In this document: one piece after another, positions 17,696 through 27,953 of the stretch
How the letters are laid out: every line of letters begins with the position of its first letter
How positions within the stretch are numbered: position 1 is the first letter of the stretch
Source of the DNA: Bacillota bacterium
GTDB lineage: Bacteria; Bacillota; Clostridia; Christensenellales; UBA3700
Assembly (NCBI GenBank): GCA_023396095.1
Contig: JAEWXG010000027.1
Location: 14,121 to 78,120 of the forward strand
Reading direction: 5' to 3'
Length of the DNA stretch: 64,000 nt
Notes under the pieces: model-generated
Databases searched by the model: none
What the model saw: only the letters and a program-made list of their open reading frames with translations
What the model was told of the DNA's origin: nothing
Translations under genes and position numbers: made by a program

Positions 17696-19105
17696 TTAAT
17701 GATTTTTAAAAAATTCACTCTTTTTTTGAAACATCTCTTCAAAATTATTAATGTATCCAACAACATCCTTATTAACAGAAAATCGTTTAATACTATGCGA
17801 ATTAATAATCTTAGAAATACCTCCTGCGCCACAAGTCATAATGTCCGCTTCCTCTTCCATTGAATCTATATTATAAAAGCAAGGAACTTTATCTCTTGTA
17901 TAGCCTAAATTTTCTAATCCTCCACTACTTTTCTTTAGCCTGTAAAGATAATATGGCCTATAACCTGCTTTTATAAGTGTTTCTTGAGAATATAAATTAA
18001 CCTGTTGAGCTAATTCATAATAAGAATTTTCATAATTTTCTTGAGTTAACTGACTGCCTTTTTTTAAAGTTAATGAATGAACTGTTATATCATTGGGAGA
18101 TAGCTTTAAACATTCATCTAAACTATTTTTAAAATCATCTAAGTTTTCATTAGGCAACATAGCAATTAAATCCATGTTAATTTTAAAATTAAATTGCTTT
18201 GCATTTTCAAAACTTCTATAAATATCTTCAATAGAATGCTTTCTGTTAATTAAATTCAAAGTTTCTTGTTTAAAAGTTTGAGGATTGATAGATATCCTAT
18301 TTGCCCCAACTTCTTTAATAGCAAAAAGCTTTTCTTTAGTAATACTATCAGGACGCCCAGATTCAAATGTGTATTCTAAAGGTTTAAACTTTTTAATTAC
18401 TGAAAAAACATCTAATATTTCTTCTTCACTTAAGATTGTAGGTGTACCACCACCTATGTATATTGAACGAATTTTTCTTGAATTTTTTAATATTAAATTC
18501 AATGATTGCAATATATCTTCTTTTAAAACTTTAAGATACGTTTTGTAATACTTCTCTAATTTAGCCTTTTCTATAGAAATAAATGAGCAATACGAGCATC
18601 TAGTTTCGCAAAACGGGATATTAATATATAGATCAATATCTTGAGCCTTTGCTTTAAATTGATTCTGAAAGTCAACAATATTTTTGATTAAATTTAACTT
18701 TTGTTCACCAACCAAATACTCTTCTCTTAATATATCATAAGCTTTTCCAGATTCGCTTAATTGCTTGTATAGCTTAGTAGGCCTAACTCCAGTTAAACTT
18801 CCATACGGCAAACTAACACCTAAAAGCTTAGATAGATATTTATAAATCATTATTTTAGCTACTTTTTTAATTTCTCGCTGCCTTACAACCTCATCATCTA
18901 CCATTATTGCTGAATTAACTAAATCAACAATCTGATTATCCTTAAAAAGCTCGCACGTTACATGTTTATCGTTTACCGACAATGCAACATGCAAATAAAA
19001 ATCTGCATTCTCATTTACAAATACGCAAAAAGGATAAAAAGCTTTAACGCTTTCAATAAATTCGATTAATAAATTGTTGAAATTTGTGGTTAACGCTACT
19101 TTCAT
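17696..19105 (-). CDS. hemZ: Radical SAM coproporphyrinogen dehydrogenase-like protein (HemZ type)
   Basis: Start placed at ATG 19105, downstream of the preceding stop. Radical SAM cluster motif CETRCSYCSF, with the long N-terminal domain typical of HemZ. Confidence 0.7.
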   Translation of the reverse strand: MKVALTTNFNNLLIEFIESVKAFYPFCVFVNENADFYLHVALSVNDKHVTCELFKDNQIVDLVNSAIMVDDEVVRQREIKKVAKIMIYKYLSKLLGVSLPYGSLTGVRPTKLYKQLSESGKAYDILREEYLVGEQKLNLIKNIVDFQNQFKAKAQDIDLYINIPFCETRCSYCSFISIEKAKLEKYYKTYLKVLKEDILQSLNLILKNSRKIRSIYIGGGTPTILSEEEILDVFSVIKKFKPLEYTFESGRPDSITKEKLFAIKEVGANRISINPQTFKQETLNLINRKHSIEDIYRSFENAKQFNFKINMDLIAMLPNENLDDFKNSLDECLKLSPNDITVHSLTLKKGSQLTQENYENSYYELAQQVNLYSQETLIKAGYRPYYLYRLKKSSGGLENLGYTRDKVPCFYNIDSMEEEADIMTCGAGGISKIINSHSIKRFSVNKDVVGYINNFEEMFQKKSEFFKNH

Positions 19106-19127
19106 TGAAATTATCAGATTATATTTA

Positions 19128-19754
19128 TTAATTATCGCGTAAAATAGGATTATTTTCTCTTTCAAAATCCAATGTTGTTAACTGATAGTGCCCTGGGAAA
19201 ATCTGCAAATTTTCTTTAATAGAGAAAATAATGTTTTTTATTGAATTCATTATTTCCTTTTTTGAGCCAGATGGTAAATCATACCTTCCATATGATAAGT
19301 AGAATATTGTATCTCCCGAAAACATATATTGATTATCAACAATAAAACAAACACTACCTGAAGTATGACCTGGTGTATGAATTGTTTTTATATTAATATC
19401 CGCAATAATAAACTCCTCTTCTCCATAAAGAATAACATCTGGTTGAGTTTTCTGAATTGACTCGCCCAGCATAACCGCCAACGATTTAATGCTTGAAGAT
19501 AACATCTCTTGGTCGTTGTTATGTATATATATTGGAATATTATTTTTATGATAAAGATATACACTTCCTGCATGATCATAATGGCCATGCGTTAATAATA
19601 CAGCGATAGGCGTAAGGTCTAATTCTGTTAACCTTTTTGCAACTTTTTCATATTCCGTACCTGGATCAATCAATATACACTCTTTACTATTTTTCGTTAC
19701 AATATAGCAGTTTTCTAACAAGGCCCCATTGACTACTTGATATATATTAATCAT
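19128..19754 (-). CDS. MBL-fold metallo-hydrolase
   Basis: Contains the HxHxDH motif LLTHGHYDHAG. The track start at 19772 is TTG. ATG 19754 has a GAGGA RBS and gives the typical N-terminus MINIYQV. Confidence 0.8.
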   Translation of the reverse strand: MINIYQVVNGALLENCYIVTKNSKECILIDPGTEYEKVAKRLTELDLTPIAVLLTHGHYDHAGSVYLYHKNNIPIYIHNNDQEMLSSSIKSLAVMLGESIQKTQPDVILYGEEEFIIADINIKTIHTPGHTSGSVCFIVDNQYMFSGDTIFYLSYGRYDLPSGSKKEIMNSIKNIIFSIKENLQIFPGHYQLTTLDFERENNPILRDN

Positions 19755-20202
19755 TTTTTGCATCCTCATCAATAACTAGAGTTACAGGCCCATCATTAAT
19801 TAAAAATATACTCATATCAGCCCCGTAACCACCATATCCAATTCTTAACGGTGTGGTTTCCTTTAAATGTTTTAGCATATATTCATATTTATGTTTGGAC
19901 TCAACTTTATCGCCAACATTAACAAAACTAGGCCTTCTACCATGACTAGCATCAGCATATAAAGTAAAATTAGGAATTACCATTATATCCTGTTTTAGAT
20001 CTAATATGGAAAAATTAAGTGCTCCAAAATTATCGGACATAATCCTTAGGTTTACTAATTTGTCACACATCTTGTCTATTTCTTTTGTTGTATCACTATT
20101 TTGAAAACCAACCAAAACTAATAATCCTTTATCAATTTGTGAAATAACCTCATCATTAATTGAACAACTTGCTGACTTTACTCTTTGTATTACACATCTC
20201 AT
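19747..20202 (-). CDS. dtd: D-aminoacyl-tRNA deacylase
   Basis: 151 aa starting MRCVIQRVKSASCSI...GLLVLVGF, with GPVT near the C-terminus. Located downstream of relA. Confidence 0.95.
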   Translation of the reverse strand: MRCVIQRVKSASCSINDEVISQIDKGLLVLVGFQNSDTTKEIDKMCDKLVNLRIMSDNFGALNFSILDLKQDIMVIPNFTLYADASHGRRPSFVNVGDKVESKHKYEYMLKHLKETTPLRIGYGGYGADMSIFLINDGPVTLVIDEDAKND

Positions 20203-20205
20203 TTA

Positions 20206-22377
20206 TTAACCTCTATATACTTCTATCACATTTTTTGTTTGTTGAAGAGCGTCTATTACTTTTTTCACATCATCTAAATCCTTAATCTCAATACCGATAA
20301 CAATATGCGTTTTGTCTTTTTCAAGGTCATTTATTTTCATACTTACAATTTGCATATTAAATTGTGAAATTATTGTTGTAATACTTGCTAATACCCCAAC
20401 AACTCTATACGCAACTAATTCAATCTTACTTCTATATTTAGAATCACCAGTTTGCTCTAACGGCCAATATGCCTCAATTATTCGTTCTTTTTCAAAACTT
20501 GGGACATTTTTACAATCTGCACGATGAATGCAAACACCTCTGCCACGCGTAATATATCCAACAATTTTATCGCCAGGAACAGGATGACAACATCTTGATA
20601 TTCGTATTAAAAAATCATCAAAGCCTTTAATTATAACGCCTGATCCTTGCTTCTTTCTTTCTTTGTGCGCATTAACATTTTTACTATTATCAAATTGATA
20701 GTCAGCAGCTACTAATAATGTTTCTTGCTGTTTAATTTCTTTATCAATAATATTTGTTAATCTAAGCATGACTTGAGCTGGTTTTAAATCACCAAATCCA
20801 ATCATTGAATAGATATCATCAATTGAATGCACCGAATACTTTTGGCAAATAGTCTCTATATTGTTTTGTGTTAACAAATTCTTTAAATTTAAGGCTCTCT
20901 TTTTTGCCTCTCTCTCGAGCATGTCCCTGCCAACTTTTATATTATTTTGTCTTTGTGTCTTTTTAAAATATGCTTTTATTTTATTCTTTGCAGCTTGAGT
21001 AACAACATAATTTAACCAGTCTCTTGATGGCCCTTTAGATGATTTATTTGTAATAATTTCAACAATGTTCCCATTTTGCAAAACTGTATTAAGTGGCATA
21101 ATTTTTGAATCAATTTTAACCCCTACACAAGTATTACCAACCTCGGTATGAACTTTATAGGCAAAATCTAAAGCTGTAGCTCCATATTGTAACGATTTAA
21201 CATCACCTTCTGGCGTAAAAATGAAAACTTCATCTGGATATAAATCCATTTTTGTTGTTTCTAATAGCTCTTTTGAATCTTTTGTGTCTTTTTGAAGTTC
21301 AATAACTTCCCTTATCCAAGCAAGTTTGTCTTCTTCACCATCCAAACCTTTCTTTTCTTTGTATTTCCAATGTGCTGCAATACCAAACTCAGCCACTTTA
21401 TGCATTTTATATGTTCTAATTTGAATTTCAAATGGAGCACCATATTGTGAAATAACCGTGGTGTGTAAAGATTGATAAAAATTAGGTTTTGGCATCGCAA
21501 TATAATCTTTAAATCTTCCAGGTAACGGTTTCCACATTGTATGTATTACACCTAGCATTTCATAACAATCTTTAATTGTTGGAACTATAATTCTTAATGC
21601 AATTAAATCGTAAATTTGGTCAAAAGTCTTCCCTCTTTGCATTTTTAAGTAAATACTATAAATATGTTTTTGCCTACCATTTACTTCACCTTGAATATCT
21701 AACTCTTTTAATTTTTCATTTAATATCTTCGATGTTTGCTCAACAAATTTTTCTCTTGTCTCTTTTGTAGCAGAAATCTTATTCACAATATCTTGATAAG
21801 CATCAGGATATAGATATTTCATGGCCAAATCTTCCAACTCACATTTGATTGTTCCCATCCCGAGTCTACCTGCGATTGGAGCAAATATCTCTAACGTTTC
21901 TTTAGCATTGGCAATTTGTCGCTCAGGGCTCTTAAATGATAATGTTCTCATATTATGAAGACGATCTGCTAGCTTAATTATGATTACTCTTATATCTTTA
22001 GACATAGCAAGTAACATCTTTCTTAGATTTTCAGCTTGTTCGTCCTCTCTCGTTTTAAAATTAATTTTACCAATTTTAGTCACTCCATCGATAAGATCAA
22101 GTATCGTTTCATTAAACATGTCCTTGATCATATCAAATGTATACTTTGTATCCTCTATTACATCATGGAGCAACGATGCCGCTATTGTTTCATAATCTAA
22201 ACCATGTTTAATTAATATGGCAGCAACTTCGATTGGATGGACTATATAATCTTCCCCAGATTCTCTTTTTTGTCCAGAGTGTGCATCTATAGCTAAATTT
22301 AAGGCACGAAAAATAACAACCAACTCTTCATCATGAAAATTCTTAACTGCTAAATTTCGAAATTGTTGTACTTTCAT
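20206..22377 (-). CDS. relA: Bifunctional (p)ppGpp synthetase/hydrolase RelA/SpoT (Rel)
   Basis: 723 aa with an HD domain (HPIEVAAIL...LLHDVIEDT), a synthetase domain, and TGS and ACT domains. Confidence 0.95.
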   Translation of the reverse strand: MKVQQFRNLAVKNFHDEELVVIFRALNLAIDAHSGQKRESGEDYIVHPIEVAAILIKHGLDYETIAASLLHDVIEDTKYTFDMIKDMFNETILDLIDGVTKIGKINFKTREDEQAENLRKMLLAMSKDIRVIIIKLADRLHNMRTLSFKSPERQIANAKETLEIFAPIAGRLGMGTIKCELEDLAMKYLYPDAYQDIVNKISATKETREKFVEQTSKILNEKLKELDIQGEVNGRQKHIYSIYLKMQRGKTFDQIYDLIALRIIVPTIKDCYEMLGVIHTMWKPLPGRFKDYIAMPKPNFYQSLHTTVISQYGAPFEIQIRTYKMHKVAEFGIAAHWKYKEKKGLDGEEDKLAWIREVIELQKDTKDSKELLETTKMDLYPDEVFIFTPEGDVKSLQYGATALDFAYKVHTEVGNTCVGVKIDSKIMPLNTVLQNGNIVEIITNKSSKGPSRDWLNYVVTQAAKNKIKAYFKKTQRQNNIKVGRDMLEREAKKRALNLKNLLTQNNIETICQKYSVHSIDDIYSMIGFGDLKPAQVMLRLTNIIDKEIKQQETLLVAADYQFDNSKNVNAHKERKKQGSGVIIKGFDDFLIRISRCCHPVPGDKIVGYITRGRGVCIHRADCKNVPSFEKERIIEAYWPLEQTGDSKYRSKIELVAYRVVGVLASITTIISQFNMQIVSMKINDLEKDKTHIVIGIEIKDLDDVKKVIDALQQTKNVIEVYRG

Positions 22378-22381
22378 ACTA

Positions 22382-24781
22382 TTAAATTACCTCATACTCA
22401 TCTGTTTCAATATATTGTTTTATATTATTTAAAAACACTGATTTTTCTAATGACGATTTAATACCATCATTTATAATAATTCTACCATTAATATACTGAA
22501 AAATACCTAACTCAGTTAATGTATATATAACAATATATAAACTTACTTGTGAAATTTTAGAGAATTTATTCTGATATACATCGTATAATTCTTGCATAGT
22601 CCCAACAAACTGTTTAGTTATAATTCCCCTAATATTTTTAAATATTTTGCTGAATTCATCCCTATCAATCATATGCATTCTAATTTTATTAACTAAATTT
22701 TTCCTATTATATATGCAAGAAAATACCTTTATTTCTTTTGAAAATTGGAAATTTATTAAATTATTAGTGCCAATTAGTGGATCAAGAAAAACAACATTTT
22801 GATAATAACTTAAATTGATATTTGATATTGGATCCAAAATTAAACTATTATATGGAGTTTCTGTTTCTAAAAAGTATATATTTTTACATATCAATCTATC
22901 AGACATATTATTGTTTTCAAGTAGTTTCAAAAAATTTTCATAAGTGTCTTTTAAATTAGCAATAAATAAAGTTCCAAATAATCCATCATTTAAAAATTTA
23001 ATTAATTGCTCTTCTTCATGAATCAACTCTATTTTATATTCATTAAATTGCTTATTCGCCTTAAACCCGCTAATAAATCTTGCAAGTTGTTCTTCCTCAT
23101 TAATATTGTTCATATTATTTTTAAAACTTGCATGTATTTCATTAGGAAAATAATTAATTGTTTTTTTATTATTAAAAACATTAAGTGATATGTTACCTAT
23201 ATATTGTCTTTCAAAAAAACGATTTAAAACATTAATATTACTTCCTTTATTAAACAAAATCGTATGAAACTTTTCGTTTTCTTCTTTAATATGACTTGTT
23301 GAATTAGAAGAAATAAATTTAAATTGTCCATTATCTTTATTTAATAAAAATTTTGGTCTTGAGTTACTCATCCCATATGGTTCAAAATTTTCTAAAAATT
23401 CCACGTCTTCAACATTTATTTCAGACGTTAATTCAATATCGTATTCATACTTTTTAATAAAAATATCTTGCTCATACTTAAGATTAATATACTCGTTTAA
23501 TCTATTTTTCAAATCTTCTATTTTATATTCCTCAAGAGACAAGCCGCATGCCATTTCGTGCCCACCAAATGATTCCAATAAATCTCTCGCGGATGAAACA
23601 ACATCAAAAATATTGATGCCGTTTATACTTCGTCCTGAACCTTTTAAAAGATTGTCCTCTTTAGTTAGTATAATAACTGGCTTATTAAAAATTTTAACCA
23701 AATTTGAACATGTAATCCCTAATATTCCTGCTATCCAATATTTATTATAAAGAATTATGATATTATCATTTTGCATTTTATTTTTTAGTACAATTTCAAT
23801 ACAATGTTCAGTCAATTCTTTAGTTAAGTCTTGTCTTTCTTTGTTATAAACATCAAGTTTTTGAATCAAGTTATTAACTTTTTTTCTATCATTTGAAACA
23901 AATAAATCCACAGCTTCTGTAGCATCACTAAGCCTCCCTAGAGCATTTAGTCTAGGCGCTAATTGAAATGCAATTGAAGTTGATGTCACTTTATCTTTAA
24001 CTCCTGACATTTCTGCCATTAAATATATTGATTTATTCTTTTCTTGATTTATTTTTTGTATACCTAAACTTGCAATAATTCGATTATCTCCGATCAATGG
24101 AACCATGTCTGCTATAGTTGCAATTGCCGCTATATCAATATACTTCAACATTGTCTCTCTATCAGATAACCCCTCCACTAATCGTAATGCAACACCGGCC
24201 CCACAGTAATAAGGAAAAGCTGTATCTTTATCTAATTTTGGATTAATTACAATGCACTCTGGTATCATTTGCGCAATTTCATGATGGTCTGTAACAATAA
24301 CATCAATTCCTAACACATCTTTTGCATACTCAACTTCTTCATATGCAGTTATTCCACAATCAACTGTAATAATTAAATCCGGGGCGAATTTTTCCGCTAT
24401 CAATTCTAGCGATTCAATATGTAAGCCATATCCATCATCGTTTCTATTTGGAATAAAATACCCGATTTCAACAGAAAATTTACTTAAAAATGCATATAAA
24501 ATTGAAACAGCACAAACTCCATCACAATCATAATCACCGTAAATAACTACTCTTTCTTGATTCTCAATGGCAAGTTTTATCCTATTTATTGCATATTCCA
24601 TTCCTGAATATGAAAAAATAGGTTCTAAATTGTCTAAACTTGGATTTACATATTCATCAACTTTCTCTAAAGTATCAAGATTTTTTTGTAATAACAACTC
24701 TGCTATCAATTGTGATTGCCCTATTTCTTTAGAAAATTTATTTATCGCATCTTTTTCAATTTTTATTCTTTTTTCAATCAT
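22382..24781 (-). CDS. recJ: Single-stranded-DNA-specific exonuclease RecJ
   Basis: 799 aa with DHH motifs (VIYGDYDCDGV, ITVDCG, VTDHH) and DHHA1 (GGHEMACG). Confidence 0.9.
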   Translation of the reverse strand: MIEKRIKIEKDAINKFSKEIGQSQLIAELLLQKNLDTLEKVDEYVNPSLDNLEPIFSYSGMEYAINRIKLAIENQERVVIYGDYDCDGVCAVSILYAFLSKFSVEIGYFIPNRNDDGYGLHIESLELIAEKFAPDLIITVDCGITAYEEVEYAKDVLGIDVIVTDHHEIAQMIPECIVINPKLDKDTAFPYYCGAGVALRLVEGLSDRETMLKYIDIAAIATIADMVPLIGDNRIIASLGIQKINQEKNKSIYLMAEMSGVKDKVTSTSIAFQLAPRLNALGRLSDATEAVDLFVSNDRKKVNNLIQKLDVYNKERQDLTKELTEHCIEIVLKNKMQNDNIIILYNKYWIAGILGITCSNLVKIFNKPVIILTKEDNLLKGSGRSINGINIFDVVSSARDLLESFGGHEMACGLSLEEYKIEDLKNRLNEYINLKYEQDIFIKKYEYDIELTSEINVEDVEFLENFEPYGMSNSRPKFLLNKDNGQFKFISSNSTSHIKEENEKFHTILFNKGSNINVLNRFFERQYIGNISLNVFNNKKTINYFPNEIHASFKNNMNNINEEEQLARFISGFKANKQFNEYKIELIHEEEQLIKFLNDGLFGTLFIANLKDTYENFLKLLENNNMSDRLICKNIYFLETETPYNSLILDPISNINLSYYQNVVFLDPLIGTNNLINFQFSKEIKVFSCIYNRKNLVNKIRMHMIDRDEFSKIFKNIRGIITKQFVGTMQELYDVYQNKFSKISQVSLYIVIYTLTELGIFQYINGRIIINDGIKSSLEKSVFLNNIKQYIETDEYEVI

Positions 24782-24885
24782 AATATATATATATTAACAT
24801 ATATTTTGTATTATAAATCTTTAAAAATCATTAATGAAGAGTTTTTAGTTTTTATGATTTTTTCTTATTATACTAATGCATTATA

Positions 24886-24917
24886 CAAAAAAAGAGATAG
24901 TTTTTATTACTACCTCT
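24886..24917 (-). terminator. Terminator after secF
   Basis: The minus strand reads AGAGGTAGT, 7-nt loop, ACTATCTCT, followed by TTTTTTT. Confidence 0.55.
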
Positions 24918-24993
24918 TTATTACCCTTTTTTAATATAAATAACTTTAATTTATCCCCTAGTACAATAAATTAAATACAAATACCAACTCTTC

Positions 24994-25998
24994 TTATTTC
25001 TTTTTAAATCCAACAACTTTGTTCCCGTGTCTTTTTGAATATCCTTTTTTCATTAATACGAAAATTGAAGGAGCTAGACAAACAGAAGTAAATAATCCTG
25101 AGAATAAACCAAAAATTACTGGTAAGGCGAATTCTCTAATCGAACTTACTCCTAATATTGCAAAAATAACAATTGAGAACAATGTCGTTGCAGTTGTTGC
25201 AATTGATCTTACTAAAGTGTCTCTAACAGAGATATTTACAACATAGTCATCATCATATTTACTTAAATCTAACAACTTATAATTTTCTCTCACTCTATCA
25301 AATACAACGATAGTATTGTTTATTGAATAAGCAACAATTGTAATTATCGCGGCTATAAATGTAGAATTTATTTGTACATGGAAAATAATCATCATTAAAA
25401 ACATGTGTAAAACGTCTACTAATAAACCAATAACCGCTGCTATTGCAGAAAAAACTTCAAATCTAATCAAAATATACAACAATATTAACAAAGTCGAAAT
25501 TAAAATTGAAATCAAAGCTGTGTTAATCAACTTTTGAGACGCTGTTGGTCCAATATATTTTGCAGAAACAAACTGCGGATTAGATGTATAAACAGTTGGA
25601 TACGCATCTTGAATTTGTCCCACAATTTTATCATTAATTTCTTTTAATTGATCAGCATTTAAATTTGAAGGTAGAGCATATTTGAAAACTAAAGTATCAT
25701 TACCGCTTACCTGAAGATAATTCATTTGTCCACGATTATTTGATATAATACTTTCTATATTTGCTTTATTATTTTGATACTTTGTCCCTTCAACCTCTTC
25801 TTTAGAGAGTTTTACAGTAAGCGCAGTACCACCTTGAAATTCAACGCCTATAGCAATACCTTGTTTTGCGTTTTTATACACACCAGCAAACACACCAAAC
25901 ATGATAAGTGCTATTACTATAACAACAAAAGGAAGGGTAAGCCAAGCTTTATATTTTGAAACTATATCAAAACGTTTAATTTTATTATTCATTATCAC
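24994..25998 (-). CDS. secF: Protein translocase subunit SecF
   Basis: 334-aa multi-TM protein with typical SecF strings (GIEFQGGTALTV, VVFDRVREN). Overlaps the secD stop. Confidence 0.9.
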   Translation of the reverse strand: MIMNNKIKRFDIVSKYKAWLTLPFVVIVIALIMFGVFAGVYKNAKQGIAIGVEFQGGTALTVKLSKEEVEGTKYQNNKANIESIISNNRGQMNYLQVSGNDTLVFKYALPSNLNADQLKEINDKIVGQIQDAYPTVYTSNPQFVSAKYIGPTASQKLINTALISILISTLLILLYILIRFEVFSAIAAVIGLLVDVLHMFLMMIIFHVQINSTFIAAIITIVAYSINNTIVVFDRVRENYKLLDLSKYDDDYVVNISVRDTLVRSIATTATTLFSIVIFAILGVSSIREFALPVIFGLFSGLFTSVCLAPSIFVLMKKGYSKRHGNKVVGFKKK

Positions 25999-27634
25999 TT
26001 ACCTCCTCTGATTGCTCATCATCTTGTGTATTTTGCGTATTTATTATTGTCTTTTTCCCAGAGAATCCAATAAATTCTCGTTCTGCAGGAGGATTTTTTC
26101 TATCCATCTTTTTATACTTACCTTTGTTGCTTGCAAATTTTTTGTTCTCATTATTCGCTACTGACATTTTTTGCTGACTTTCGATTGTTACCACATTATC
26201 ATTTTCTAGCATAGTTTCTTGGGAGTCATTTTTTTCATTATCATTTTGAATATTAGAACTTAATACTTTATCTTCTTTTTCTAAAGTTGCTCCATTGTGG
26301 CTAGCAACTAAAAATTTATGTGATTTAATAGTCAAACCATAAAATTTAGGATTTGGCGATTTAAATGATATAAACGCTGATAATAAAAGTCTTGTCACAA
26401 CTAATGAACTAAATAAAGATATTACGATACCTATTAATAATGTAACAGCAAAACCTTTAATACTTGCAACACCAAATATAGCAAGAACAATAGCCCCTAT
26501 AATTGTTGTTACGTTTCCATCTATAATAGCGCTTGCGGATCTTCTAAAACCATTTCTAACGCATGTAGAAATTGATTTTAAGCCTTCCGACATTCTATAT
26601 TCTTCTTTTATTCTTTCAAAAATAATTATATTCGCATCAACAGCCATACCAATACTTAACAAAATACCTGCAATACCCGGCAATGTTAATTGAGACCATG
26701 GGAAAATTGCTAAGAAAAATAAATATGTAATTGTGTAATAAATCAATGCTAAACTCGCAGCAAGACCACTAATTCCATACAGAGCGATTAATAATACGAA
26801 TATTAACAATAGACCAATCCCGCCAGAAATTAAACCGTTTCTTAAGGCTCCACTGCCTAAAGTAGGTGATATTGTATCACTTTCAACCAAATTTAATTTA
26901 AGTGGTAGCGCTCCAGACTGTATCCTTATCGCCAAATTATTTGCCTCTTCATAGGTATAATTACCAGTAATTCTAGCACTGCCATTTGAAATTCTAGCTT
27001 GTACCCTTGGCGATATTAATAGTTTTCCATCTATATAGATATGAATTGGCGCTTGTGACGACACTAGTTGCGCAGTTGCTTCATCAAATTTTTTCGCTCC
27101 CTCTGCTGTAAGATTTAATGTAATATCATAGTTCATATTTTCATCAAGCCCAACACCAGTGCTTTTTATATCTTCTCCGGATAATACAACATCTGAACTA
27201 TTTACATCAAAATCATTATTTTCAGTCTTCTTAAAAAGAATAGTAGCTGGTTTTCCAATCAAATCAAAAATCTTCTTTGGATTGTCAACGTTTGGAACTT
27301 CAACTCTTATTTCTCCCGTTTGCCCTGTTACTGCGTTCTTGTTGACTTTAGCTTCTGTGTATCCTTTGCCTAACAGCAAATCTTCAAAATTTTGCACTGT
27401 TCCATCAATTCTTCTTTTGAACTCTTCTTCAGTCATGGTTTCCGGTCTTTCAGCTAAGTAAACTGCGTAAACACCGCCTTTTAAATCAAGACCTAATTTA
27501 ATAACTTTAGGATAAGCTATATAGTCAACGTTACCAAGTTGTCCTTTATCTAATGAAACAACAGAAAATACTATACCTAAAACTAATAGTATAAGTATCA
27601 CCACAGAAACAATTATTCCTTTCTTTTTTGTCAT
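25985..27634 (-). CDS. secD: Protein translocase subunit SecD with a low-complexity C-terminal tail of about 125 aa
   Basis: 549 aa with LGLDLKGGVY and VDANIIIFERIKEE motifs. The tail is rich in N/E/K/Q. Confidence 0.9.
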   Translation of the reverse strand: MTKKKGIIVSVVILILLVLGIVFSVVSLDKGQLGNVDYIAYPKVIKLGLDLKGGVYAVYLAERPETMTEEEFKRRIDGTVQNFEDLLLGKGYTEAKVNKNAVTGQTGEIRVEVPNVDNPKKIFDLIGKPATILFKKTENNDFDVNSSDVVLSGEDIKSTGVGLDENMNYDITLNLTAEGAKKFDEATAQLVSSQAPIHIYIDGKLLISPRVQARISNGSARITGNYTYEEANNLAIRIQSGALPLKLNLVESDTISPTLGSGALRNGLISGGIGLLLIFVLLIALYGISGLAASLALIYYTITYLFFLAIFPWSQLTLPGIAGILLSIGMAVDANIIIFERIKEEYRMSEGLKSISTCVRNGFRRSASAIIDGNVTTIIGAIVLAIFGVASIKGFAVTLLIGIVISLFSSLVVTRLLLSAFISFKSPNPKFYGLTIKSHKFLVASHNGATLEKEDKVLSSNIQNDNEKNDSQETMLENDNVVTIESQQKMSVANNENKKFASNKGKYKKMDRKNPPAEREFIGFSGKKTIINTQNTQDDEQSEEVSDNE

Positions 27635-27824
27635 GTTTATTACCTAAAAATAATTATTATAATTCGTTAATCATTATACAACTAAAATCATAGTTTCGTC
27701 AAAAATAATTTCTCACGTTGGTATGAACTAAGCCCCCATCTTTCATTAAGATGCGCAAAGATTAATGAATACATTAAATTATTTGTTAATCATATATAAA
27801 ATCGACAATATTATTTTATCTCCA

Positions 27825-27860
27825 ACAAAAAAGTGATATGTCCAAAATGCACATATCACT
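27825..27860 (-). terminator. Terminator after the MBG-like lipoprotein gene
   Basis: 10-bp perfect stem AGTGATATGT / ACATATCACT, with TTTTTTG following on the minus strand. Confidence 0.65.
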
Positions 27861-27953
27861 AAAATTTTAATACATATATATTTTGCTAAAAACAGATTTT
27901 AGACATCCAAATATTAGACATCCAAATATATAAATCTATCATTTAAAATAATT

